A DNA stretch of 64,000 nucleotides, from positions 8,742,001 to 8,806,000 of the forward strand of contig OX597828.1 of NCBI GenBank assembly GCA_951406725.2, read 5' to 3'. The translations under genes and the position numbers were made by a program. Positions 13,969 to 28,016 of the stretch are shown one piece after another; position 1 is the first letter of the stretch; each line of letters starts with the position of its first letter. The stretch comes from Octopus vulgaris (lineage: Eukaryota). Under the pieces are notes generated by a model that was not told the origin of the DNA, did no database searches, and saw nothing but the letters and a program-made list of their open reading frames with translations.

Positions 13969-16900
13969 CAATGGCATATATTAACAGAATTATATATATG
14001 TGTGAGAGTGTATGTGTGTGTAGAACTCTGTTTTATTTACGTAACAACGATTTTCGTCACTTACTTTCAGTTTCTGTAATATTGTTTTTCCCTTTTGAGT
14101 ATAAATACACATATTTACGTTGACGTAAGTTATTAAATGAAGCATATAGTAATATTAAGTTCGTGTAATGTTTTTGTTTTTTTTACCGAGGGCGTTAATT
14201 CAAAGTGACGATATTTTGTTCGCTAAGGCTGAAACAACAGCTTGTTTTGCAGAAGTGTTTAGCTTCTTTTTATCAAGCTCCAAATGCGAAAATCTAGTTA
14301 TAGTCAGAAATGACTGCATCTTTTCATATTTTAGATTTTGATTTAGAATGTAGTTTTCATGTCACCAATACAGTGGGTTCCTTCCTCATTCACTTATCAT
14401 GTAGTCCTTCATCAAATAATTTACATTGTAAATTCAAAAAGACCCAACCATGCCCTCGAGAAATTAAAACAACTTCAGCCACTAAAATTTGTTTAAATTG
14501 TAGAATACAGCATGTAAATAGTTAGTATTTGTATGCTGTATTTGTGATAGGGAAAACTTGAAACACGTTTTGAATCAGAAATACTAAGTACGCACTTGAC
14601 CCCATTTCTGATACAACAGCCTTTGGATGTCAAATATATGATATGTTTTTATAGGAAAGTAATTGCTCTACATTCAATTATTCCAATCTAATAGAAATTT
14701 GAATATTGTTTCATATATCAATGTTGTTAATGATTTTCTTGTAATTGTTGATGATGATGATGTTTTTGATGATGTTGTTGCTTATACTGCTCCTGTCGGA
14801 GTGATTGTAGGACTGCAAGAGAGAGGGAAATATCCAAACGAAATTGCTGACTATATTTTAGTATGGAATTATGATAATAGAGATGATTTTTTGCTGCATT
14901 TTAACTCCATAGTGTAAAATCATGCAATAGTATGCGATACGCGAAAACCGTGATATAACGGGAGCATTATTACCAGCTGAGTCGTTTAAGTTTGACATCT
15001 CTTTCTCTGATTTCTTTTTTTAAAATCTAGGTTCTGACAGAATTAATTACAAAAATGATGAGAAAAGAAAAAGAAAAAGAAAATCATCATTACGTTCAAA
15101 ATGATATTTGATAGGGTTTTCACAACCTAATGGAATTAAAGAGATTCCTGACATGTCTTGAGCATTTTAACACTGTCGAAGCCCCTCATTCTTCAGTTGA
15201 GTTTAAAATCAGCCTCGTCCAAAGAGTAAGTGTGCAAAGGTGTTCCAGAAAAAGACAGAAATAGGGATAGAGAGAGTGGAAGGGGGGAGATGTAGCGAAA
15301 GAGAGAGAGAGAGCGGAAGAGAATGAGTGTCAGAAATCAGAGAGAAAATATTTTCTGTGAGAGGTACTTTATCGCTACTGAAATTATGAAAACTTAAAAC
15401 GATTACCACGTACAAATAATCCAACGCTCTTCTGCCATAATTGTTTCTGTACTTTTGCATGGAATTATGCTGAAAACTAGTTAAAATATAGAATGGACTC
15501 GTGTTTTACAGAAGGATATTAGTAGCTTACAGTTTGTTTTGTTCATTTTGTTATTGCATAGCCACAAGCCAAACATATATAATCATACATACGGTCGATG
15601 ACAATAACTTCCTCAGTGATCTTTATGTTTTAGCGTTATTTACGAAAACATTAAAACCTTAGCTACTCTGCAATGTTATTGCCAGTTCGAATATGCTTAA
15701 ACAATTTCGGACTTGTAAACAAGCCATGCCCCAGGATTTGTCAGGGCGAAAATTTATCACTGTAGACATATGGTGTAAATACATCCAGATCAGATCGCAG
15801 CAACATAAACTCCATACGTCTACAGTGAGAATTTTTATACTTTTCGAGTCGTCGATTTGCGCTACCAGCCAATATATGTTGACAGGAAAAACATGAGAGA
15901 GACTGTATCTGTTATCCACACACAGCGCCATCGTCCAGTTTCTGTAACTGAGGAAGAAATAACTACTCCGAAATGCTTGTATCTCACAGTCTGGATAGGT
16001 GGCACTGCGATCTGATTTAGGTGTATTTACTCCATGCCTATAGCGAAATTTTCTCCGTGACGAAAAACCTGGAATGGTTTGTTTACAAGTGCTTTTAGCA
16101 TATTCGAACTGGTAATAACGTTGCATTTATACATTTCACTGCTTAGCGTTCTCCGTAATTTAATTAGCTATTGTGTCCTTTACTTATAGACAGGTCTTAT
16201 CAGGAGAATATCTGATGCCAATATTAGAGAAACTTTGTGAAGAAAGGAATCTTGAGAACAGGATCTGTAATAATGTTTCAGCTTCAGAGTACCAATAGCA
16301 GCAGTGTTACAATATTAGATGAATTACTTTTAGAGTATGATGCCCTACTCGATATTAACCTTAAATCTCTTAAAGGAGATTGCGAATGAAATATATTGAT
16401 TTAACGCATTACAAATTACAATTTCAGTGTAACGTACATTCTGATAACCTGAAATAGGCCACATTAGAAAATGTCACTATATATAATAGAAAGATATGTG
16501 ATGTAACATATATAACGGGATCAATGGACTTTGGATTAAATCTCTTCCAACAATCAACACTGGTCATATGAGAAATCATATGGGAATATTTATAACTCTA
16601 GTGGAGCATCATTCTACACAACTGCGATCACTTTCCTAGACATATTGCATTACAGGGCCGTCATTAAATACTAAATTACAAGAATATACATTTTCAATAC
16701 AGGATTATGCAGAGTGTTAATACAGGAGCCTACATTGGAAACTGTGCCATAACATTTTACATTTGAAGGCCTTGAGAAGATTAGAATTAACACAAATTTA
16801 TTGAATAGGTTCAAATACAGGGATTACATATGTCGATTTTGTCCACATTGTTACTCAGCACAAAGCGTCTCTACATTTTGTTTTCTTCCTCTATTTTGTT

Positions 16901-17144
16901 TTCTCTATTTTTGGCCTGTTCCTCATTTATTCTCTCCTCGTTTAAATCTTATCTCTCCTTACGTTTTTCCTTATACCCCTTCTCGTCAATTGTCGCCTTC
17001 TCTCCTTCTCAATAAATTTGCTCCGAGTGTAACAATAACGAAAAGATTTTATTGCAAGACGGTTGTCCACACAACGATAACTCATAACCGCATCCAATTT
17101 TAATGTGAATACTATTCATATCTAAAAGGAAGTAGACACACAAA

Positions 17145-17149
<5 letters not shown>

Positions 17150-17230
<81 letters not shown>

Positions 17231-17499
17231 GATATGTATATATATATATATATCGTGTACATTAAAATTTAGATGCTAGATGTTTTTAATGTTCTTTCCC
17301 TTCATGAATTTAACCATAATTAGTGGTTTGAGTTGTTTACTACTCTTTCTAGCGCAAGGCTTTCCTATGATGGAAGCCTCTTAATGTGTTTTAATGTACA
17401 CGATATTTCTATATGAATAATATACAGTCTATTGACTATTTTTTATACGCTAGACCACTGGTAATAAGAATTTCTATAATTCTTATTACCCTAATATTA

Positions 17500-17575
<76 letters not shown>

Positions 17576-17706
17576 GGTCCCGGGTTGAGTCGGGGTTAAC
17601 CACAGTAAATAAGGTACTCAATACATAGCAGAGTGAATTAATTTATTATATAGAAGGAGCTTCTACAGGACTAGAACTGTTTCATTCAAAAGAAATCATC
17701 AGGAAG

Positions 17707-17748
<42 letters not shown>
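17150..17748. repeat. Three (TA)n tracts (17150-17250, 17503-17571, 17710-17748) separating two short unique inserts
   Basis: Directly visible. Confidence 0.95.
17657..17709 (-). ncRNA. Type I hammerhead ribozyme motif, canonical core
   Basis: Minus strand reads GAGCUUC-CUGAUGA-uUUC uuuu GAAu-GAA-ACAG uucuaguc CUGU-A-GAAGCUC. This gives a 7-bp perfect stem I, a 3-bp stem II with a U.U at its base, a 4-bp stem III and a GUA cleavage triplet. Confidence 0.85.
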
Positions 17749-17750
<2 letters not shown>

Positions 17751-17947
17751 TAAAAACTGCAGTTCAAATTCTTGGAGAGAAATATATATATATTTGTATA
17801 TTCCGAGTTTGCGTGAATATGCAAATAATTATATATCAGTTGAATAATGTTAAAACGTGGTCTGGTTTTCACGTTTTTTACTATGGTATTTTAACATTAA
17901 AATATATATTTTGTAATGCTCATAAAGTTAGATTTTCGCTTTCATAC

Positions 17948-18320
17948 GAGTGGCAGTGTGGTAAGTAGCCTTGAGCAAATGTCATCTTCTACAGCCACGG
18001 GCCGACCTAAGCCTTATGAGTGGATTTGGTAGACGGAAACTGAAAGAAGCCCGTCCTATATATAAACACACACACACACACAAACATATATATATATTTG
18101 TGTGAGTGCGTGTGTGTGTTTGCGCTTGTGCCCCAACCATCGCTTGACAACCGATGCTAGTGTGTTTACGTCCCCTTAACTTAGTGGTCGGAATTTTGCC
18201 GAAACACTAGTTACTAGGCTTACAAAGAATAAGTCCTGGGGTAAATTTGCTCGACTGAAAGCGGTTCTCCATTCATGGCCGCAATCAAATGACTGAAACA
18301 AGTAAAAGCAAAATAATACA
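17948..18320 (+). mobile_element. Family-A tRNA-derived SINE with internal deletion
   Basis: gagtggcagtgtggtaagtagc head remnant, gagtggatttggtagacggaaactgaaagaagcccgtc, an internal (TA)/(CA) tract and a caaatgactgaaacaagtaaaag tail. Confidence 0.9.
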
Positions 18321-18559
18321 TAGAGTATTCATCAGATTTCAAATGTTTATCTCACAGTTCAGTTCTTGACAACTATAATACATCTTTGAACGTTCAAACA
18401 AGCTGAATTTTTAGAATATGGTTTTGTTCACTCAGCATGCAGCTTAAACATCACGGTTTGACAGCTGTACCGATATTCAGTAATTTGTTAACATTCATAT
18501 GTTAGAAATATTTTTGAATACACATCATTAACTGGTAGTTATATTATTTTTTTTATGTT

Positions 18560-19260
18560 CGTTCAAAATAGGTTTGAACAGTTTAATAAACTGTTTTTCT
18601 TTAATCTTTCTTCCAATCTCACAGGTGCCATGTAGGTTGTGGAAAGAGAAAATGAGAAATATTTTTTAACCATATGTCTATATGTTCGCTCAATGGAATT
18701 CGGCGAACATTAGTTTTCTGGATTTGTTGTCTGTGGAAGCGAGAGCCTTCCCATAATGCATTCCCTGTCTTGCCTACTTGTAGTTCCCTGCAATTCGAAC
18801 ATTTAATGCAGTAGATCAGATTTCCGTTTTTGCAGTACATATCTGATTTGTGAAAATCTATCCAATTTTTGTTCTAATTGATCTAACAGTATCCATGTAT
18901 TGACACACTCCCTCAAGTGTTATCATTACAATTGGATACTGTGAATGTTTTATCCATGTTGAATTTTGCCTTTGTTAATAGATTTTTTAGGTTATGTGGT
19001 TAAGTTTTGCTTCAGATAAGTGTTTGATTACTCTTTTACTCTTTACTTGTTTCAGTCATTTGACTGTGGCCATGCTGGAGCACCACCTTTAGTCGAGCAA
19101 ATCGACCCCAGGACTTACTCTTGATAAGCCTAGTACTTATTCTATAGGGCTATTTTGCCGAACCGCTAAGTTACGGTGACATAAACACACCAGCATCAGT
19201 TGTCAAGCGATGTTGGGGGGACAAACACAGACACACAAGCATATACGCATACATACATAG

Positions 19261-19315
<55 letters not shown>

Positions 19316-20767
19316 CGGCAGGCTTCTTTCAGTTTCCGTCTACCAAATCCACTCACAAGGCTTTTGTTGGCCCTAGGATATAGTAGAAGACACCTGCCCA
19401 AGGTGCCACGCAGTGGGATTGAACCCGGAACCATGTGGTTGTAGTTATTATGTATTTTTTTTTCACTTGGTTTTATGATTGGCTAATATGTTTTGATAAT
19501 GTTTAAAATGTTTTGGTGATGCTGATTGTCTGTTACTAGAAATAGTGTTGTGTTCCTTTGATGGGTTTCCTCTTTTTCGTCCTGCTCTTGCTCGTTGTAT
19601 TCTATTTTCTATACGTAGGAGAGGGTAATTAGGCTTGAGCAGAAATCCGTTTAGTTCTATAAGTCGTGTGTTACTGGTCATTTTCCTAGCTAGACAGTAC
19701 GGGACGTTGCGTTTTATGTGTGTTGGGTGGCATGATCTGAAATTTAGCTAACGGTGTGTATCTGTGATTTTGTAATAAATATCAGTTGTGATTGTGGTGT
19801 TCTTTTTAAATACTATTAGGTCAAGAAATGGTAACTGTGTCTTGTATATTCCTCCTGTGAATTTGAAACTTGGGTGTAAATTGTTGAGGAGAGAGCTGAA
19901 TTCTTCCAGAATAGGAAACAATCATCGAGGTATCTTCTCCATGTGCCCTCTATATATATTTTACAGGTTTTTAAATATATAGGATTTGGTCCAAGTAACT
20001 CAATTCTGAGTTCACGAAAACTGGGGCAAATCGCGTCCCCATTGTTGTGCCTCGAATTTGGAGGCAGATTTTTTTGGTTGAAAAGCAGTGTATTGCTTTC
20101 GAGGATAAGGCTGACCGCGTCTAGTCTGAAGGTTGAAATAAATCTAGTGGGGATCGCTTCTCTATGCATCTCGACTCAATATTTTATGGCAGTAAGTCTC
20201 AAATCATGTAGATTGTTCGAATATAAGTTTGTTACATTAAAACTAACAGTGAAGGGGATTATGTTGTTTTGGGCAGATGTGATATGAAATCGATGTCATC
20301 CCGAATGTAACTGGGTATGTGAGTACATAGTGGTTTTAGGATTATGTGAAAGATGTTGCTCCGACTATGTATAGGACAGGGTTGATCAGCTATATTAGGA
20401 TTTAGTTTAAGGTCTTTTGTTTGTAGTAGTTTTATGTATTCACAACCTTGTTCCTATAATATTTTGTGCATTTCTTTTGACTTAGGTATTCTGGGTAACT
20501 CACAGAATTTACTGGGTTTAGAGTCAAAATATAATCCCTTACATTAGAAGTGAGGGAGATATAATGTTTTGAGACTAAATAATTGAGCTTCTTCATGATG
20601 CAGTGGTCAATGAATTGATGTAGAAGTGTATTTGGCCCCTTTGGCGGGATAAATTTTGAGTTATTTTCCACCGAGGATTCGTCATTCTCATTATTTTCAT
20701 TAGTAAAAAATGCTCTACAATCTAAGATCCAGAATTCGAGGTGTAGGAAGAAAGTTAGCTCCGAGCA
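18560..20767 (-). mobile_element. Decayed Penelope-like element: reverse transcriptase plus GIY-YIG endonuclease
   Basis: Minus-strand fragments in PLE order: NSKFIPPKGPNTLLHQFID, WRRYLDDCFLFW (RT catalytic motif), QLPFLDL, TDIYYKITDTH..LNFRSCHPTHIKRNVPYCLARK, NYPLLRIENRIQRA, and CKNGNLIYCIKCSNCRELQVGKTG..RFHRQQI..PLSEH (GIY-YIG). Many stops and frameshifts. Confidence 0.92.
19028..19442 (-). mobile_element. Family-A SINE inserted in the PLE
   Basis: Close match to 52818-53270, lacking about 35 nt of the 5' end. Confidence 0.93.
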
Positions 20768-20883
20768 ATCCGTAGTAAATATATTTTTAAAAATCCAGGA
20801 AGAATAGTGGTTTATCGAGACGGTTGATGGCGGAATATTTTTCTTTACCGAAGAACAGTGAGCAGAAAAAAAAAACTCTTTTC

Positions 20884-21345
20884 TGCTCGAAGCTAACTTT
20901 ATTCCTACACCTCGAATTCTGGATCTTAGATTGTAGAGCATTTTTTACTAATGAAAATAATGAGAATGACGAATCCTCGGTGGAAAATAACTCAAAATTT
21001 ATCCCGCCAAAGGGACCAAATACACTTCTACATCAATTCATTGATATCATTTTCAGATCTTCAGTGAGTCATAATATGAACGTTAAACCAAACATTTCAA
21101 AACTAGAAAAGTCTTCCCTTATACATCTTAAAAATGACAGCACAGTTGTCATCAAACAAGCGAGATGCCGTATATTAACGGGATCTAGCTGATGCTCATT
21201 TAAAGGATATAACGCTCTATTATGAAATACCCTCGAATATTGACCACTGCATCATGAAGAAGCTCAATTATTTAGTCTCAAACCATTATAACTCCCTCAC
21301 TTCTAATGTAAGGGTTTATATTTTGACTCTAAACCCAGTAAATTC
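20884..21345 (+). mobile_element. Inverted duplicate of the PLE 5' ORF region
   Basis: ORF 20824..21192 repeats the peptide FLHLEFWILDCRAFF..HQFID of minus ORF 20432..20941 and adds KPNISKLEKSSLIHLKNDSTVVIKQA (the PLE pre-DKG motif). Confidence 0.9.
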
Positions 21346-21370
21346 AGGGTTGCCGCCTGTGCGAAAATAA

Positions 21371-21741
21371 TACAAGAGTTACGGAATGGAGAGGGAAAAT
21401 TACAGGCTACATATGTTACATAGACATTGGAACCTCAGAACTGGTAAAATCCAAGCGAGATGTATATCACCGGCTACTCACTTCAGGCCAAGGATATCTT
21501 GATTAGATTAAAGGTTACATTGTCGCAAGGAGGTATATGTTTAAGCCGTCAACATGTAACTCTTTGTAACAGTGTAGCTTCTTGCGACAATGTAGAATTT
21601 AATCTAATCAAAATATACTTGGCCTGAAGTGAGTAGTCGGCGGTATACACATCGATTATCGATTAGGTATTTCCCACTTCTGAGGTTCCGCTTGCTATGA
21701 AACATGTAGCCAGGAATTTTCCCATTCCATTCCGTAATTCT

Positions 21742-21745
<4 letters not shown>
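21371..21745. mobile_element. Foldback/MITE-like element of about 375 bp with imperfect inverted arms of about 170 bp
   Basis: Pairs include CTACTCACTTCAGGCCAAG with CTTGGCCTGAAGTGAGTAG, TTGATTAGATTAAA with TTTAATCTAATCAA, and TACATTGTCGCAAG with CTTGCGACAATGTA. Confidence 0.8.
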
Positions 21746-21802
<57 letters not shown>

Positions 21803-21875
21803 CCATGTTGATTCGTTAGTTACTGCACGCATTTTTTTTCTCTCCTTCTTTCTGTGTTTTTTTTCTCTCTGTGTA

Positions 21876-21913
21876 TCTTTCTGTTGAAGAGCGTAGGCTC
21901 GAAACGTTAAAGA
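21876..21913 (+). ncRNA. Minimal hammerhead-like motif (A6U core variant)
   Basis: UCUUU-CUGUUGA-a-GAGC guag GCUC-GAA-ACGU-U-AAAGA. It has a 5-bp stem I, a 4-bp stem II and a palindromic stem III (AACGUU), inside an insert of about 210 bp (21801-22012) between (TA)n tracts. Confidence 0.6.
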
Positions 21914-22010
21914 CTTGTTTTATTTATATTTCCTGAGCGCCATACTAATACAATTGTTTGTTTGTTTTCCACCTGCCTTCGTCTTTTGTCTATTTTCATA
22001 AAGCTTCCCG

Positions 22011-22057
<47 letters not shown>

Positions 22058-22111
22058 TATATATATATATATTGTATTGTAAATGTATACTCTATATACA
22101 TATTCAATAAT

Positions 22112-22173
<62 letters not shown>

Positions 22174-22312
22174 CAGCTTTAGTCTTATATTTATAAGACT
22201 GCCATATAGGTATGGCGATAACTGTATATATATATATATGTATATATATTGCATAGTAAAAATATACTCTCTATATATTCAATAATCTTGTATATACATT
22301 GTATATATATAC

Positions 22313-22351
<39 letters not shown>

Positions 22352-24329
22352 TGTATGTGTGTGCGTCCGTGCATGCTTGTGTGTGTGTATGTACTTTCTG
22401 ATTTAGCTCACCGACAGATTTCGATACTTGGTAAAGAGTAATATATCTAGAAAAATATAGCATAACCCATCAGATTTAAGAACAGGGATTTTTATTATGA
22501 CTGAACATAAAGACAAATATTAATATGTGTGTTTTTGTGTCTGTGCTTGCGTACGTGTGTGTGTATACGTATGTATGTGTTAGAGGATAACTTTTGACCC
22601 TCAACTGCTTAGTCAGTAAGCGTTGAATAACGAGTGGTGCAAAACATGTGAATGACACCAAGAGAATAGTTAGTATTGGCAATAGGAAGAGGGAAGATAG
22701 CATCGGGAGAAAAAAAGACAGCTATTAGGATTGAGGCGATAGTGTTATTAGGAATGAGATAGAGATAGAAACCTATTAAGCTCGTGGAATGAAGACTGTT
22801 TAAATAAGTTGAGATACGACGAAATTAAAATGAAGTAGAAAATAAGCAGAAGTAAACGACTACAAATTAATGACAGGAAGATTTGTGTATGCTTAATTAG
22901 TGGTAATACCAGTTGCAGTCACCATTATCATTTCCGTCGTACTTGTCCGCCTCATAATCTCCATCAACATACTGTGGAAAGCTATCGAATCAGTATTTCG
23001 TTAAATGTTGTTTTATAAGAAAATGGATTAAAGTATAAGCAAAAATAATATTACATGCTTAATGCAAGTTGAATTCCAATATATAACTTAAAGAAAAATT
23101 AGTTTACGGGTCGTATCATAGGAATTAAATTAGGTTTACTTTTTAACACAATAATACTAAAATGAAAGTTGTGCATAGAATTGAAATTTTAAACATTGCT
23201 AATCTAAGAGCATACCAGGCACAGATGTCTCGCCCTCGCTGTCAATGTAACTGCCTTAAATCTGAAGTATATTTTAATTGTCAAGGAATGTTTGACCAAC
23301 AACTTTGGGGAAATATTCATGGTGACAACTATCCCATTCAAACACAGTTACTACTCTCATACCCACAGTTTTAGAAAACTCAAACAAGCTACCCAGGTAT
23401 CATTAGCTTCTTTTAGCGATAAATCTTCTCCTAAGAAAAAAAAACAATGAACGACTGGCACTCTAACAAGCTAAGAAATATCTGAAACGCGTCCAAAAGG
23501 GAGTATTCCTTACATGTCATTCACGTTCAGACTATTTTTGTTGGCCTTCACAGGATCTTTATAAATGTTTTCTTCAACCATTTGCAATTACATGAGAATC
23601 TTGATTTCCTTTTGTTAAGCAGAAGCTGTATTTTCCTTTATTTTATCTAACTTTATATGCATAATCTCAAACCTTGCACTTTAGAAATTCTCTCGCCTCA
23701 CATATATTCAGATGTTCCTCACGACTAGAGATTTTATCAATATATAAACTTACAAAGATTAAGAAACATATATATATATATATATATATTACACACTTCT
23801 ATTTCCATATTTACCGCGCATTTTGTAATCCACTAGCTCATTCTTGTGTTTCCAATTCCCACCCATTTTCCCTCTCACTCCGTAAGCTTTTTCACATGAA
23901 ACTCTTATTAATGTTAGTATTTTTGCAGTGACTAATATTACTAATCTATACAGTATAACACTGCTTTTATTTCTCTGCAGATGACATCTATTATAAAAAA
24001 TATGTAAAATTTTCAAATACGAATTAGATGTTACTAGTTGATTAAATAGGTTTATAATATAATGGCATTATGGTTACATCTGCTATTATTGGTGCTGTTC
24101 ATTCTCATTACTAATAATAAATTAAATATTTATACCATAACTCTGGTAATGCTCACCAAGCGATTTAATACGGTCTGTAATATTTTATTTAAAATCATTA
24201 AATTAAATTTCATATATTCTCTTCAGAATATTCTTGTCGGTTTAAAGATAAGGAATATACTGTAAAATCTTTTAAAGTGGTCTCGATAAAATTAGCATAA
24301 TATTTTAATATATTGTTGTATTTAGGATT

Positions 24330-25520
<1,191 letters not shown>

Positions 25521-25974
25521 TTATTCATTACACTGAAATTATATATGTGTTCAGTCAGAATATACATCGCTTAAATTCGCACTGTTTTATTTTATATAAT
25601 ACGTTCCAAATTCACCGTAAAATCCTTTCCGATTTTGGAGTCTAGGAGAATTCAACATTAGAAGACATTGTTCGGTGAACATTTTTGAGCTTCGATCTCT
25701 TGCTTGAGACTGATTCAGCAGTTAATGTGGCTTTTCCACCACGTATTCGCAGACATAATCAGTACATCAATTTTCGCAAAATATTGGCTTAAATAAATAC
25801 TTGCCATGTACCGTTATGATACTGATCGCAAAACTAAAATAAGTGCATTTATGATGAGAAGTATAAATATGACATTACAGAAGAAAAGCAACTTATCTGA
25901 TCCTAATACAGTCAACAGAATCTATGCGCTTAAGATTTATTTCCTCACATCCACTTACACACTTATGAATCGTT

Positions 25975-26068
25975 ACATAAACATACACACACGCACAAAC
26001 ATATATATATATATATATACATACACACAGAGACGCACACACACAAACATATATACACACACACACAG

Positions 26069-26105
<37 letters not shown>

Positions 26106-26265
26106 CAAGCCAATGATGTGTGCGATGCAGGACGTTTATAATCTCAAAAATCTGCAACCATATAATAATTGAGGAACTAGAATTGCTAAAATGCAATCCA
26201 AATAGTGTACATACATATATTTATATATATACGCACATACAAGTATACATGAATGCTTATGAACA

Positions 26266-26360
<95 letters not shown>

Positions 26361-26765
26361 CATAAAATAAATATATAGCAAAATAAGATTTAAAAAATAG
26401 AAAATAAGATCAAAAAGGGAAAGAAGTCAAGGAAAGAACGATTCCTCCATATTTTGCTTTTTACTATTCTACTTGGTTCTTATTTATTGGCATAATTTAT
26501 TTATATTTTTATTGTGTATTTTTCATTTTAACAGTGAATAGCTTCTGTCCTTTTTTATTTTTTGTTTTTTATTTATTTATATAGTTACCTATTCGTTCTT
26601 TTTTTACATTTATGTTTGGAATAATGGCGTAATATCTGATAAGTAAACGTTGTAAACAGTCAAAAATGTAAAGTCTAGCATAAATGTCAATTTAAGGAAA
26701 AATTACACTCATCAACAATAGATGTTTTGCCAAAAGAATGGCGAGCAAAATACGTGAGATGTGGT

Positions 26766-26797
<32 letters not shown>

Positions 26798-26975
26798 ATA
26801 AAAGAGAGAGAGAGAGAGAGGAAGTGAGAGATATATACAAGGTCAGACAGGGACAGAATGAGAAGAGTGAGAGCGAATGAAGGACAAAAAACAGGGTGGG
26901 AAACAGGGACATAGGGTTACATAGAAAGAGATGATGATATTGATGAAGATCACATATATACACCTATATATGTTC

Positions 26976-27042
<67 letters not shown>

Positions 27043-27513
27043 TACATACATATATATATATATACACTCACGCCTAGGTATGCATACAATACCATATGTA
27101 TGTATAAAACATACGTACATGCAGAAGCACATTCTCACAGTCACACTTTCTCTTCCTCAATCGTTCGTTCTCCACACACATAGATACGTACATATGTACA
27201 TGTATGTGGGGAGGGAACGATTGCGACTGGGGGAGAGAAAGATTGACTGTAAGAAGATGGCAAAGTGCAATAAGTGGAACAACAAAAGAAAATAAGGAAG
27301 AGACATAAGGTAGACTTGTCAAATAAACATTGTAAATGCAGACATATTGATTAGAGGCGAAAAGGTACTTGAAACGAAGCTATGAGGATAGAGAAGACGT
27401 TCTGGTAATGTAAGGGTAAGGGCACTAAAAAAAGCGGTGGCTGCGATATTATTGCGTCTCTGTTTTTTTTATTTCGCAAGGAACCGATCTCTGACACCAA
27501 AACCTTCCCTCTG

Positions 27514-27586
<73 letters not shown>

Positions 27587-27723
27587 AGCACAAATATATA
27601 TACACATATATATATACATAATATAGTCACATATATATATATACATAGATATACATAAATATATAAAATTTCATATACATACACATATTTTTACATGAAT
27701 ATATATATGTATATATCTATATA

Positions 27724-27772
<49 letters not shown>

Positions 27773-27952
27773 TATAAATTATGTTTAAATATGTGTACAT
27801 ACACACACGCATATATACATATATTCATATATTTGTTGTATGCATATAGACATATCTATTCATGTATGCATATATATATTTATATATGCACACACACGAA
27901 CTCACACACACGCAAGTATATTTAGATGCACCCACACACGCACATACACACG

Positions 27953-28016
<64 letters not shown>

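Noticed and set aside
15659-16126. 155-aa non-repetitive minus-strand ORF
   Set aside because: I recognise no domain or splice context; it could be chance or an unrecognised TE relic, and a homology search is needed.
22070-22295. Two similar units of about 45 bp (ttg.at.gtaaa..tatactct.tata..ttcaataatctt)
   Set aside because: Simple local duplication within (TA)n; only two copies and no further structure.
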